The notes beneath the pieces are model-generated. The model was given only the letters and a program-made list of their open reading frames with translations, did not search any database and had not been told where the DNA came from. 64,000 nucleotides of DNA from positions 64,001-128,000 of the forward strand of contig JBGAJQ010000005.1 in the NCBI GenBank assembly GCA_044224875.1, written 5' to 3'. Within the stretch, counting starts at the first letter, position 1, and the number at the start of each line of letters is the position of its first letter. Of this stretch, positions 1 through 10,074 are shown one piece after another. This DNA is from Gemmatimonadaceae bacterium. Lineage in GTDB: Bacteria; Gemmatimonadota; Gemmatimonadetes; Gemmatimonadales; Gemmatimonadaceae. The translations under genes were made by a program, and so were the position numbers.

Positions 1-672
1 GCTGGCGCGTTGCAGGACCACGACCGCGCGCTTCTGCTTGGCCACTCCACCTTCGGCAAGGGGAGCGCGCAGACGCTGTTCCCCACCAGCACGGGGGGCG
101 CGCTCAAGCTGACGATCGCCCGTTGGTTTACGCCGGTGGGCCGCTCGATCGACCGCCCGCGCCACGGAGTGGGCGACGACTTCGTGGTCCGCGACAGCGC
201 AACGGCCCCGTCGTTCAAGACGGAGCATGGCCGGACGGTGTTTGGCGGCGGGGGCATCACGCCGGATATTCAAGCTGGCGACACCATCATGTCGCCCGCG
301 GCTCAGGCATTCGAAACAGCGTTAGGCAGCCGAGTGACCGACTTTCGGGATGCCATGACCGCATATGCCTTGTCGCTCAAGACCGCGGGGAGTGTGCGGT
401 CGCCCGAGTTCCAGGTGACGCCGGAGATGCGGGAACACCTCTGGACCCTGTTGCGCGCCCGCGGGTTCACGTTCGACCGCTCCATCTATGACGGCGCCGC
501 CACGATCGTGTCGCGCCTACTAGCGCGAGAGATTGCCCGCTTCGTGTTTGGCCCGGAGGCCGAAACGCAGCGTTCGATCGCCGAAGACGAGGTGATCACG
601 AGGGGAGCCGCATTACTGCGTGGCGTGACGAACACCGACGAGTTGTTAAGGAAAGCAACCGCCCGCCGTTAG
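1..672 (+). CDS. S41 family C-terminal processing peptidase, 3' part (5' end outside window)
   Basis: AGALQDHDRA..G..TFGKGSAQ..LKLTIARWFTPVGRSI and GGGITPD are CtpA/Prc motifs. Confidence 0.9.
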   Translation, partial: AGALQDHDRALLLGHSTFGKGSAQTLFPTSTGGALKLTIARWFTPVGRSIDRPRHGVGDDFVVRDSATAPSFKTEHGRTVFGGGGITPDIQAGDTIMSPAAQAFETALGSRVTDFRDAMTAYALSLKTAGSVRSPEFQVTPEMREHLWTLLRARGFTFDRSIYDGAATIVSRLLAREIARFVFGPEAETQRSIAEDEVITRGAALLRGVTNTDELLRKATARR

Positions 673-956
673 GTTCTTTTCGTATGGCGCCTGCCGACGG
701 GCGCCGCCGGTTGGAGTTCGGTGACTCCGCATCCCGATCCCGACGTGGTGATTCGGTAGCTGCGCGGCTTCCTGCCGATCCCCGCCTGGGGCGACGGGGA
801 ATTCCGCTCACTCGACGGGATCTTCGCACTAGCCAACTCCCAGCAGTTTGGCTCACTTTCCGTGCGGCATAATCGGACGTTGTTGCACTCATCGCACGGC
901 TGCCCTGCTCGGTGGAAAGCGTGCTCACCAAGCGACCGGTAGCCCCACCTACTTCC

Positions 957-3900
957 ATGCTTACACGTATTGTTCGTTGGTCCTCGGTCTGCCTGTTCAT
1001 CTCGGCGGCCGCGCCCCTCTCGGCCCAGCGCTCGGCCCCCGCTGCCCAGCCAGCCGGTCTCACGGTTGACACGACGATCTACCGCGCACTGTCGTGGCGG
1101 AATGTCGGGCCGTGGCGAGGCGGCCGAGCCAACGCGGTCGCTGGCATCCCCACCAAGCCGCTCACGTACTTCGCCGGGTACACGGGAGGAGGGCTTTGGC
1201 GGACGGACGACGCTGGGATCTCGTGGATAAACATCTCCGACGGTCAACTGAAGACGTCATCGATCGGCGCGATCGCGGTGGCGCCATCCGACCCCAACGT
1301 CATCTTTGTTGGAACTGGCGAGCACGCCGTGCGCGGACAGTCGTCGACGTATGGCGACGGCGTGTACAAGAGCACGGATCAGGGTCGCACCTGGAAGAAC
1401 GTCGGCCTCGCCGCCAGCCGGCAGATTTCGGCGGTGCGCATACATCCGCAGAATCCCGACGTGGTGTACGTCGCCGCGCAGGGCGATCGATGGAAGGGCA
1501 CGGCCGAGCGTGGCGTCTATCGTTCCACGGACGGTGGCAAGAATTGGACGCTCGTGCTCAAGGGAGAGAGCGCGACGAGCGGAGCGAGCGACCTGTCGAT
1601 GGATCCAACAAACCCGAGGATCCTGTATGCGGCGTTCTGGGATCACCAGCGCGTACCATGGCAGGTTCGAAGTGGTGGCGCCGGCAGCGGCATCTGGAAG
1701 TCGCTCGACGGCGGCGACTCGTGGACGCGCCTGACCGGGGGCCTTCCCAAGTTGATGGGGAAAGTCGGTGTGGCGGTGTCCGCCGATCCCGATCGCGTGT
1801 ACGCGATTGTTGAAGCTGACAGTGGCGGATTGTTCCGCAGCGACGACGCCGGGAAGAACTGGAAGCTGATGTCCGGCGACCGCCTGATCCAGACGCGGTC
1901 GTGGTACTATATGAATGTCACGGCCGACCCCGCCAATCCCGACGTCGTGTGGGTCATGAACGCACCCGTCATGCGCTCCATCGACGCCGGCAAGACGTTC
2001 CAGACCGTGCAGGCCATGCACGGCGACAATCACCAGTTGTGGATCAACCCGTCCGACTCGCGCTACCTCATCAACGCCAACGACGGTGGCGCCTCCATCT
2101 CACAGGATGGTGGCAAGAGCTGGAGCACCCAGGATAACCAGCCGACGGCCCAGTTCTACCACGTCACGGTGGACGATGCCTTTCCGTACAAGCTGTACTC
2201 GGGCCAGCAGGACAATTCGTCCGTCATCATCCAGAGCCGGAGCGATAACGGCGCGATCACCGTGCGCGACTGGCGCGACGGCCCGGGGTGCGAGAGCGCG
2301 AACGTCGGGGTGAGCGCGAAGAACCCGCGCTATGTGTACGGCGGGTGCTATCAGGGACTGATCGACGAGCTGGACCAGCAGACCAACCTGTCGCGGTCGA
2401 TCATGGCCTATCCTGAGATGAACCTGACGGAGCCGACGGACAAGACGAGGTACCGATTCAACTGGACCGCCCCGATCGTCGTCTCGCAACACAACGACCA
2501 GGTGATCTATCATGGCGGGAGCGTCTTGTTACGCTCGCGCGATCGTGGCCAATCGTGGGCGCCGATCTCGGCGGACCTCACGCGCAACGACAAGACTCGG
2601 CAGGGTTGGGGGGGCACGCCCATCACCAACGAGGGCGCCGGCGGTGAAGTGTACGGGACCATCGTCACGATCGAGGAGTCTCCGCACGACGCCAACACGA
2701 TCTATGTGGGGACGGACGATGGACTGGTGCAGCTGACGAAGGATGGCGGAACCACCTGGACCAACGTCACGCCGGCCGCCGCCGGCGACGGGCTCACCAA
2801 CGAGATCGAGGTGTCGCCCCACGATGCCGCCACGGTGTACGTTGCCTTCCGCCGCGATCGCGTTGGCGACCCGGCGCCCTACGTCTACAAGTCCACCGAC
2901 TACGGCAAGACGTGGACGAAGCTGGTGAATGGCTTCCGCGATGGAGAGCCGGTCCGTGTGGTGCGCGAAGACCCAGAGCGTCGCAACCTGCTGTACGCCG
3001 GGACGGAGACCGGGCTCTACCTCTCCTTCGATGGAGGGACGCGCTGGCAGCCATTCTCGGGGAACCTGCCGGTGGTTCCGGTGACCGACCTCGATGTTCG
3101 GCACGGCGACTTGATCGCGTCGACCGAGGGTCGCGCCTTCTGGATCCTCGACGACATCTCACCGATCCGTCAGTTCACCGATTCCACCGCCGTGGCCGCC
3201 GTGCACCTCTACAAGCCGCGCGCAGCGCTCCTCACGTCTGCCGGCGGCGGCTTTGGGAACCCACGCGCGGCTGGCAAGAATCCGCCTGGTGGTGCCTCTG
3301 TCTACTATCGCCTCGCTACCGTCGACAGCTCAACCACGGTGAAGGTCGAGTTCCTCGATAGCCGTGGCGAGGTCGTGCGCTCGTACTCGAGCAAGGAAGG
3401 CCCGGCGCCACAACGGTTGTCTCCGAAGGCTGGAATGAACGTGGCGCGCTGGCCCGACTTGCGCCGCGCCGCGCCCACGCAGCTGCCAGGCGTGTTGCTG
3501 TTCGGTGCCCCGGCCGGTGGCGGTGCCGAAGTGACGCCGGGAGCGTATTCGGTCCGCCTAACGGTTGGAAGCGTGGTGCAGACGCAACCGCTTGAGGTTC
3601 GGTTGGACCCGCGCATTCAGGTGACTCCCGCGCAAATCGCCGAGCGCGACTCCGTCACGCGCGCCCTGGTGGCGCGTATTGGTGAGATGCACGACGCCGT
3701 GAATCGCGTGCGCGACATCAAGTCGCAGGTTCAAGGGTTCGTGAACCGCACCAAGGACGCCGATAGCGCCAAGGCGATAGCCGCAGCTGGCGGTGCCCTG
3801 GTGAAGCGGGTGGAGACCGTGGATCCGCGCCTCACCACCAAGGCGCAGAACGGGCAGGACATCATCAACTACGCCAACGGCATCAATGGGCAGTTCGGAT

Positions 3901-4100
3901 TCCTGCTTGGTCAGGTCGAAGGGAATCCCGTGGTGACACAGGGCGCCAAGGATCGCCTGGTTGAGCTGGAGAAGCTGTGGCGTGCCATCAGGGGTGAGTT
4001 AGACGGCATCGAGACCGATGTGGAATCCTTCAACAAGCTCCTCCAAGCGGCCAAGGTCGAAGGGGTCATCGGCAAGAAGAAGTCGGGCACGATCATGTGA
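957..4100 (+). CDS. Secreted VPS10/sortilin-like BNR (Asp-box) repeat protein, putative glycosyl hydrolase
   Basis: Signal peptide from ATG 957; WRNVGPWRGGR N-terminus; many S.DGG.TW Asp-boxes; C-terminal helical tail. Confidence 0.9.
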   Translation: MLTRIVRWSSVCLFISAAAPLSAQRSAPAAQPAGLTVDTTIYRALSWRNVGPWRGGRANAVAGIPTKPLTYFAGYTGGGLWRTDDAGISWINISDGQLKTSSIGAIAVAPSDPNVIFVGTGEHAVRGQSSTYGDGVYKSTDQGRTWKNVGLAASRQISAVRIHPQNPDVVYVAAQGDRWKGTAERGVYRSTDGGKNWTLVLKGESATSGASDLSMDPTNPRILYAAFWDHQRVPWQVRSGGAGSGIWKSLDGGDSWTRLTGGLPKLMGKVGVAVSADPDRVYAIVEADSGGLFRSDDAGKNWKLMSGDRLIQTRSWYYMNVTADPANPDVVWVMNAPVMRSIDAGKTFQTVQAMHGDNHQLWINPSDSRYLINANDGGASISQDGGKSWSTQDNQPTAQFYHVTVDDAFPYKLYSGQQDNSSVIIQSRSDNGAITVRDWRDGPGCESANVGVSAKNPRYVYGGCYQGLIDELDQQTNLSRSIMAYPEMNLTEPTDKTRYRFNWTAPIVVSQHNDQVIYHGGSVLLRSRDRGQSWAPISADLTRNDKTRQGWGGTPITNEGAGGEVYGTIVTIEESPHDANTIYVGTDDGLVQLTKDGGTTWTNVTPAAAGDGLTNEIEVSPHDAATVYVAFRRDRVGDPAPYVYKSTDYGKTWTKLVNGFRDGEPVRVVREDPERRNLLYAGTETGLYLSFDGGTRWQPFSGNLPVVPVTDLDVRHGDLIASTEGRAFWILDDISPIRQFTDSTAVAAVHLYKPRAALLTSAGGGFGNPRAAGKNPPGGASVYYRLATVDSSTTVKVEFLDSRGEVVRSYSSKEGPAPQRLSPKAGMNVARWPDLRRAAPTQLPGVLLFGAPAGGGAEVTPGAYSVRLTVGSVVQTQPLEVRLDPRIQVTPAQIAERDSVTRALVARIGEMHDAVNRVRDIKSQVQGFVNRTKDADSAKAIAAAGGALVKRVETVDPRLTTKAQNGQDIINYANGINGQFGFLLGQVEGNPVVTQGAKDRLVELEKLWRAIRGELDGIETDVESFNKLLQAAKVEGVIGKKKSGTIM

Positions 4101-4906
4101 TGGGCGAGGGAGTCGCGCTCTTCGTTCCGTGCTTTGTTGACCAACTGTACCCGGACGTCGCGGTGGCGGCGTTGCGGGTACTGGAGCGACTCGGCGTCTC
4201 GGTGACCGTGCGCGATGGCGCAATCTGCTGCGGCCAACCCATGGCCAATGCGGGCTTCGTTCAGCAGGCCGGTCCCGTGCTGGCGCAATGGACGCGAACG
4301 TTCGCCGACGTCAGTCAGGTGGTCGTCCTCTCGGGTTCCTGCGCGGCGCATGTGCGAGCGCATGCACCCGCTGGTTCGCCCGCGCACCGGCACGCCACCG
4401 CTGAACGCAACGCACCGCCGTCTGACAGCGGACTCGGGACCGATGGCAATCGGACGACTCCGCGGGTGGTGGAGTTCACCGAATTCCTTCACGACACGGT
4501 AGGCGCGGAGGCGCTGTCCAGCTTGGGCGCGACGTACCCGCGGCGTGTGGCCATTCACGTCGGGTGCCACGCCCTACGGTCGCTCGGCGTGGCGCGCCCA
4601 TCGGAGCTGCAACTTCCTCCGATGAGCAAGGTGGAGTCGGTGCTGTCGGCGGCAAAGGGGATCTCATTTGCCTCGCTCGAGCGTGCGGACGAGTGCTGCG
4701 GCTTTGGCGGGACGTTCAGCCTGTCGGAGCCAGCCGTCTCCACCAAGATGGGGCGCGACCGATGGCGCGACATCGCAGGTAGCGGGGCCGAGGCCGTGGT
4801 GTCCACCGACATGTCGTGCCTGATGCACCTGCGTAGCGTGTACGGAGGCCAGCCCGAGCTGCCGATGTTGCACGTGGCGGAAGTTCTGGCGATGGGCCTC
4901 GCGTGA
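4100..4906 (+). CDS. lutA: Lactate utilization protein A (LutA/YkgE, CCG-domain Fe-S protein)
   Basis: LFVPCFVDQLYP, CCGQP, SGSC, CCGFGGTFS, DMSCLMH; TGATG overlap with upstream gene. Confidence 0.9.
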   Translation: MGEGVALFVPCFVDQLYPDVAVAALRVLERLGVSVTVRDGAICCGQPMANAGFVQQAGPVLAQWTRTFADVSQVVVLSGSCAAHVRAHAPAGSPAHRHATAERNAPPSDSGLGTDGNRTTPRVVEFTEFLHDTVGAEALSSLGATYPRRVAIHVGCHALRSLGVARPSELQLPPMSKVESVLSAAKGISFASLERADECCGFGGTFSLSEPAVSTKMGRDRWRDIAGSGAEAVVSTDMSCLMHLRSVYGGQPELPMLHVAEVLAMGLA

Positions 4907-6336
4907 GCACCGGAGCCCACCGGGGGGTCTCGAGAAGCCCGTTGACGCTGCCGGTGATGGATGACGGGCGTGTGGACCACGCCGCTGGTGCCGCGCGTTT
5001 CACCGCGGATGATGCGCGCACCGACTGGCACAACGAGTCCCTGTGGCAGGTACGTCAGAAGCGCGACGTGGCCGCGGCCCTGGTGCCTGAGTGGGAGGAG
5101 CTTCGAACCCTCGCCTCGGGCATCAAGGAACACACCCTATCGCACCTGGACGAGTACCTCACCCAGTTCGAAGCCGCGGCCAGCCGCAACGGCGCAACGG
5201 TGCATTGGGCGCGAGACGCCGCCGAGCATAACGCCATCGTCCACGAGATCCTGAACGGCGCGGGCGCCACGCGTGTGGTAAAGAGCAAGTCCATGCTCAC
5301 CGAAGAGTGTGGGCTCAACCCCTTTCTTGCCTCGCGCGGCATACACGTCATCGACACCGACCTCGGCGAGCGCATCGTGCAGCTGCGCGGCGAGTCGCCG
5401 AGTCATATCGTGATGCCGGCCATTCACCTGAAGCGCGAGGACGTTGGGGACACTTTTCACGAGCACCTTGGCACCCCGGCCGGTGAAGCCGATCCTACGC
5501 GCCTTACAGCGGCGGCGCGGCAACACCTGCGCTCGCATTTCCTGGGCGCGCACGCGGCGATTACCGGGGTGAACCTGGCGGTGGCCGAGACCGGCGGATT
5601 CGTCGTGGTGACGAACGAGGGGAACGCAGACTTGGGGATGTCGCTCGCTCCCGTACACATCGCCTGCTGCGGCATTGAGAAGCTCATCCCCCGGGTTGAG
5701 CACCTGGCGGTGTTCTTGCGACTCCTGGCACGGAGCGCGACGGGCCAGGCGATGTCCGTGTACACCTCGCACGTACGTGCGCCCAGGAAGGGGCAGGCCC
5801 TGCACATCGTACTGGTGGACAATGGGCGGAGCGCCCAACTGGGCCGCGGCGACTTCTGGCGGTCGCTCAAATGCATTCGTTGCGCGGCCTGCCTCAACAC
5901 CTGTCCCGTTTATCGCCGTTCGGGAGGGCACAGCTACGGATCCACCGTGGCCGGACCCATCGGAGCAGTGTTGACCCCAGGTATTGACCTGCGGCGTTAT
6001 GCGACCCTGCCGTTCGCCTCCACGTTATGCGGGTCGTGCGCCGCCGTGTGTCCGGTGCAGGTGGACCTGGACGCACAACTCCTGAAGTGGCGCGCCGTGG
6101 TCGTGCAAGCGGGGCTGGCCGCGCCGGCCAAGCAAGCCGCCGCTGTGATGGGTGCGGCGACACTGAGGTCTCGTTCGCTCTACGCCGCGTTAGGCTGGGC
6201 GGCTCGCGTGGTGCTGCGCCTCGTGCCTGGTGAGTGGCGACGCCTTGAGCCCGGAGAGGGAAGGGAGTTGCCCACGCTGCCCCGTCGCACCTTTCGGCAG
6301 TGGTACCGAACCCACCGCGGTCAGCGGAAGCCATGA
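4903..6336 (+). CDS. lutB: Lactate utilization protein B (LutB/YkgF, 4Fe-4S)
   Basis: KSKSMLTEE, TDLGE, PSHIVMPAIH, NEGNA, CIRCAACLNTCPVY, STLCGSCAAVCPV. Confidence 0.93.
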   Translation: MSTGAHRGVSRSPLTLPVMDDGRVDHAAGAARFTADDARTDWHNESLWQVRQKRDVAAALVPEWEELRTLASGIKEHTLSHLDEYLTQFEAAASRNGATVHWARDAAEHNAIVHEILNGAGATRVVKSKSMLTEECGLNPFLASRGIHVIDTDLGERIVQLRGESPSHIVMPAIHLKREDVGDTFHEHLGTPAGEADPTRLTAAARQHLRSHFLGAHAAITGVNLAVAETGGFVVVTNEGNADLGMSLAPVHIACCGIEKLIPRVEHLAVFLRLLARSATGQAMSVYTSHVRAPRKGQALHIVLVDNGRSAQLGRGDFWRSLKCIRCAACLNTCPVYRRSGGHSYGSTVAGPIGAVLTPGIDLRRYATLPFASTLCGSCAAVCPVQVDLDAQLLKWRAVVVQAGLAAPAKQAAAVMGAATLRSRSLYAALGWAARVVLRLVPGEWRRLEPGEGRELPTLPRRTFRQWYRTHRGQRKP

Positions 6337-6935
6337 ACGCACGAGACGCCATACTAGCCGCGGTTCGTGCCGCACGCCCCGACGCGAGTGCGCTGCCCGA
6401 GGTGTCGTCGGCAGTGCGCGCCTGGCAAGCGTCTCCCGGCGAGGCATACATCCGTTTTGTGTCTGCCGCTCGGACCGCCGGGGCGCGTGTCGTGGAGTGC
6501 GACCGCGCCCAACTGACGTCCGTGGTCGCCGAGGCCGTGCCGTCAGCGGGTCGCACCGTATCTTTGGTACGTGATGTTCGTGGAACGTTGTCGCCGCCAG
6601 AGGTTCCCCACGACTATGCAAAAGTTGACGCGTTCATCTGTGAGGGTGCTTTTGGCGTGGCCGAGAACGGTGCGGTGTGGCTGCCGGCTTCGCGGCTGGG
6701 ATGTCGCGCCGGCGCCTTCCTGGCCCAGCACCTCGTGATCGTGTTGAATCGTCGCGAGATCGTGGAGCACCTGCACGCCGCGTATGCGCGGCTCGATTGG
6801 TCGTCCGAGGAGTTCGGCATCTTCATCGCGGGCCCATCCAAGACGGCGGACATCGAGCAGGCGATGGTCATCGGTGCGCATGGTCCGGCCGCATTGACGA
6901 TCGTGCTCACGGACGGCGCGGTAGCCAGCGCGTGA
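6333..6935 (+). CDS. lutC: Lactate utilization protein C (LutC/YkgG, LUD domain)
   Basis: GVAENGAVW and FIAGPSKTADIEQ..VIGAHGP; ATGA overlap with lutB. Confidence 0.9.
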   Translation: MNARDAILAAVRAARPDASALPEVSSAVRAWQASPGEAYIRFVSAARTAGARVVECDRAQLTSVVAEAVPSAGRTVSLVRDVRGTLSPPEVPHDYAKVDAFICEGAFGVAENGAVWLPASRLGCRAGAFLAQHLVIVLNRREIVEHLHAAYARLDWSSEEFGIFIAGPSKTADIEQAMVIGAHGPAALTIVLTDGAVASA

Positions 6936-7714
6936 GTATTCGTGAGCGGTTGAAGCGCTTTGTGAAGACCCACCGGCATTCGGGGAATCCCCTGATGCGT
7001 GGAGCGATCGGCGGCTTGTACAAGGGGCGGGATGCCCTGGGGGTGCTGCGACAGTTCAGTACCGATGGTGGCTATCGTGCCATCGTGTGGCTCAAGACGG
7101 TGCGCGGTCGTCAGCTGCACCAGACCACCGTGCTGACGTGGGCAGACCGGTACCCCGCGATTTTTGGCGCGGCGCGTGACTACTTTAGCGGGCGACCCGA
7201 GATTCGCATTTTGTCCTTCGGCTGTTCGACCGGAGAGGAGGTGGTGACGCTCCGGCAGTACTTTCCGCAGGCGAGGATCGTTGGAGCTGAGATCAACCCG
7301 CGGAGCCTGGCGGTGTGTCGAGCGCGCGGCTTGGACGAGCGCATTGCCTTTGTGCCTTCGACGCCGCGCCGCATACGGGACGCCGGGCCTTATGACGCCA
7401 TCTTCTGCATGGCCGTGTTACAGCGCAATCCGCATGCGGTGGAGTCGCAGGGGATCACGGACCTGAGTGAGACGTATCCGTTCGAGAAGTTCGATGCCCA
7501 GGTGTCGGAGTTTGAGCGGTTGCTGAATCCCGGCGGATTGCTGGTGGTCCATCACTCCCAATACGTGTTCGGCGATGCGACCGTGGCCGGTCGTTTCACG
7601 CCTCTAACGACGCAGCCGCAACCGACGGTGGATGGGCCTCGGTTCGATCGGAGGAGTCGCCGGATGGAGGGAGATGTGGTGGTGGGGTCGATGTGGGTGA
7701 AGGGGTGTCCGTGA
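6932..7714 (+). CDS. Class I SAM-dependent methyltransferase, CheR-like catalytic domain
   Basis: ILSFGCSTGEEVVTL, GAEIN, YDAIFCMAVL, LNPGGLL; GTGA overlap with lutC. Confidence 0.8.
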   Translation: MSIRERLKRFVKTHRHSGNPLMRGAIGGLYKGRDALGVLRQFSTDGGYRAIVWLKTVRGRQLHQTTVLTWADRYPAIFGAARDYFSGRPEIRILSFGCSTGEEVVTLRQYFPQARIVGAEINPRSLAVCRARGLDERIAFVPSTPRRIRDAGPYDAIFCMAVLQRNPHAVESQGITDLSETYPFEKFDAQVSEFERLLNPGGLLVVHHSQYVFGDATVAGRFTPLTTQPQPTVDGPRFDRRSRRMEGDVVVGSMWVKGCP

Positions 7715-7749
7715 GGCCCAGCGCGGTTTTGTGCCCAACCGAGGAGCCG

Positions 7750-8217
7750 ATGCAACTCAAGTCTGTGGATCGCGTCCTGCTTGGAACGGTGGCGGTGGCG
7801 TGGCTGGTCTCTTCCCTTTCGATCACGACCTGGTTCGCGGGACTAACCAGTGCGCTTGCTTGGTGCGCCGTTGTGCTGTCCATCGTAGGCTACCGCGCGC
7901 GCCGGGACAACATCGAGATAATGTTCCGGCGACGGGCCGGGATACGCACGCGAGTGCTGGCGATGGCCAAGGCGAGCGACGGTCAGATGTGCCGCGGTGA
8001 GGTCGTTGAAGCCGTTCTCGCACATTCCTGGGATGTTCCACTTGAGGCAATCGACGACGTGCTGTCGGAACTCGAGCTGCACGGGCTCTGCCTTCGCGAT
8101 CCACTCGACGTGACCGGCGCGGAGCGACTCGTCTTTCCAGGACTCCGAGTCCACGATAGAGCTCTATCCGTGCAGCCCGTCCAAGGCGCGGTCGTGACGC
8201 GAGCGACGATACAATGA
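7750..8217 (+). CDS. Hypothetical protein with two N-terminal TM helices
   Basis: GAGGAG at 7741 before ATG; hydrophobic N-terminus followed by a small soluble domain. Confidence 0.6.
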   Translation: MQLKSVDRVLLGTVAVAWLVSSLSITTWFAGLTSALAWCAVVLSIVGYRARRDNIEIMFRRRAGIRTRVLAMAKASDGQMCRGEVVEAVLAHSWDVPLEAIDDVLSELELHGLCLRDPLDVTGAERLVFPGLRVHDRALSVQPVQGAVVTRATIQ

Positions 8218-8260
8218 AGCGGGTCTGGGCGCATTCCTCCTTCGCGGGCTCTCGGTTACG

Positions 8261-8503
8261 CTACTTTCGTGTCTGGCCTTCCAGGGCGATGTCGGCGAGC
8301 AAACGCTGACCCTCTGGCGTTGCCGTGAGACTCGCGCGCTCAAGATCAGATAACTCCGATAGTACCGCAACGACAAAGCTCCGCCGATATGCCTCGGCGG
8401 CCTTCGCGCCTGCAATCGCGCGTACGGCGGCGGCGCGGTCAGCCGTGAGACTGTCGTCAATTAGTCCGCTCAGCCGTTCCGCCAGCTGAAATATGTCCGG
8501 CAT
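8261..8503 (-). CDS. Small hypothetical helical protein (MPDIFQLAERL...)
   Basis: Protein-like 80-aa C-terminal part of ORF 8261..8803 beginning at ATG 8503. Confidence 0.4.
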   Translation of the reverse strand: MPDIFQLAERLSGLIDDSLTADRAAAVRAIAGAKAAEAYRRSFVVAVLSELSDLERASLTATPEGQRLLADIALEGQTRK

Positions 8504-8574
8504 CGCTTGTGTCAAAGGTTGTATGAAGTGTGGTCGGTGGAGGAACAGCGCGGAAGCACCTTGGCTGCATTCCG

Positions 8575-8803
8575 CCCGCTCCAGCCGCTTGCCCTCAAAC
8601 CCGCGCCGCTTCGCCACCACGCGGTACGAGAACTCCACGCCCGGGTCCCCGTCACGCACGACGACGTCGAAGCCGCGCGCCGTGCGATTCGTCACGTACA
8701 ACTCGGCGTCACCATATGCTTGGACGAACACATGATACTTCCCCGTCAGGTTCACCGTTTCGGCGAACGTCGGGTCGAAGGCGATGTGGCGCCGGCGGTT
8801 CAC
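8575..8803 (-). pseudogene. Isolated C-terminal domain of a fibre/collagen-like surface protein family (remnant)
   Basis: I.FDP.F.ETVN...YHVF...GD..LYV...T..GF.V......V.FSYRVVAKR.GFE..RL resembles a C-terminal domain I recognise from long fibre-like proteins; the rest of such a gene is absent. Confidence 0.5.
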
Positions 8804-8847
8804 CGTACGTTCCTCCGCCGCAACGCCTATTCGCTGTCGTTCGGTTC

Positions 8848-9684
8848 CTATGGCGCCTTACGCAGCACCAGCTGAAGCTCGGCCTGCACCGGCGCCGCGA
8901 CGCCGGTGAGTGGCTGCATCCACTGGAACGTGAACGACCGGCTGAGGACCAGCTCCGTCTGCCCCTCGGTCCATGGGCCGGTCATCACATTCCAGGCCGG
9001 AAGTGGCACCAGCCGATGCCACACCTCGAACTCGATCTCCACCTTGTTCGTGAGGATGTCGTACGGTGCCTTGGCCATCCAATCCGGAGGGCCCTTCTTC
9101 GGCGTGCGGACAACCGACGTCTCGCACCGCGTGAACATGCGCGGCGTCTCGAGCGCGAAGGTCCCCTTCACCCGATCGAACTGCAGGATGCCGGAGCGTA
9201 CCTGCCCCGCACCCGGTCGTGCATCGGCGGCCGGGCAGGTGAAGCGCGCGACGTCGAGGCCGATCTGGGTGGGAGTGCCCGAGGGACCGTAGTAGGTACC
9301 CGTGTCCCTCACGACCATGTCGAGCGGCTGGCGGCTGTTCGCAATCCACGTCTCGTACCGCGCGGTGTCGCGCGTCTCGGGCGTGCCGGCAATGCCCCCG
9401 CCCTTGAACATGCGATCGAGCACAATGCGTCCGCGGGCAACGCGGTCCACCTTCCATGTGGAGTGCATCGGGATGCCATTCACGACCTTCCCGACCTGTC
9501 CGCTGCCCTTGATGGTGAGGACGAAGTCACCGCTCCAGGTGGGTTGGGCCGTTGCGGCGCGTGCCTGCAGGAGAATCGTGAGGATGAGAGCAATCACCGG
9601 ACGCTGGATTGGAAGACGTGCTGGCAGGGCGCCGGCCCCTGCCGCCAACATCGTGCCTTCTTTCGTCAGCTGCACCTTCAACAT
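8848..9684 (-). CDS. Secreted hypothetical protein
   Basis: Signal-like VIALILTILLQARAATAQ; strong GC3 bias; start uncertain (9684 or 9651). Confidence 0.7.
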   Translation of the reverse strand: MLKVQLTKEGTMLAAGAGALPARLPIQRPVIALILTILLQARAATAQPTWSGDFVLTIKGSGQVGKVVNGIPMHSTWKVDRVARGRIVLDRMFKGGGIAGTPETRDTARYETWIANSRQPLDMVVRDTGTYYGPSGTPTQIGLDVARFTCPAADARPGAGQVRSGILQFDRVKGTFALETPRMFTRCETSVVRTPKKGPPDWMAKAPYDILTNKVEIEFEVWHRLVPLPAWNVMTGPWTEGQTELVLSRSFTFQWMQPLTGVAAPVQAELQLVLRKAP

Positions 9685-10074
9685 GTCGTCCTCGCCGAAG
9701 TGTGAGGACGCCAAGGTAGGGGCGGCGGGTTAAACCAGCCAGCGAGGGCTAAGGTGTTGCGGCTGAGCCACGCCTTGCGCCCTCCGGCATGACCCAATGC
9801 CCGCACTCGGCAAGGGTCAGGGGAAACGCTGCGCCTTCGCAGACCTCTCTGGAAGTGAGATCACGACGTGAGTGATGGATCCCATTCCACCAGCCGCAGC
9901 GGCAGGCAGTCGTGTGCTTCGTGAGCGTAACCCGCGACCACTGCTGAATCAAGCTGCCGCCCTTCCGTGGTGTAACGAGCGGCGACGTTCGGGCCCCGCC
10001 CTGGTCGCATCAGCGACATGAAACCGCAGCGCGCCGACGTCGTAAGGTGGTCGCCAACCTCCGTCGAGTAATCC

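Noticed and set aside
9749..10040. Possible alpha/beta-hydrolase C-terminal remnant (ECGHWVMPE)
   Set aside because: A single short motif; cannot be supported without a search
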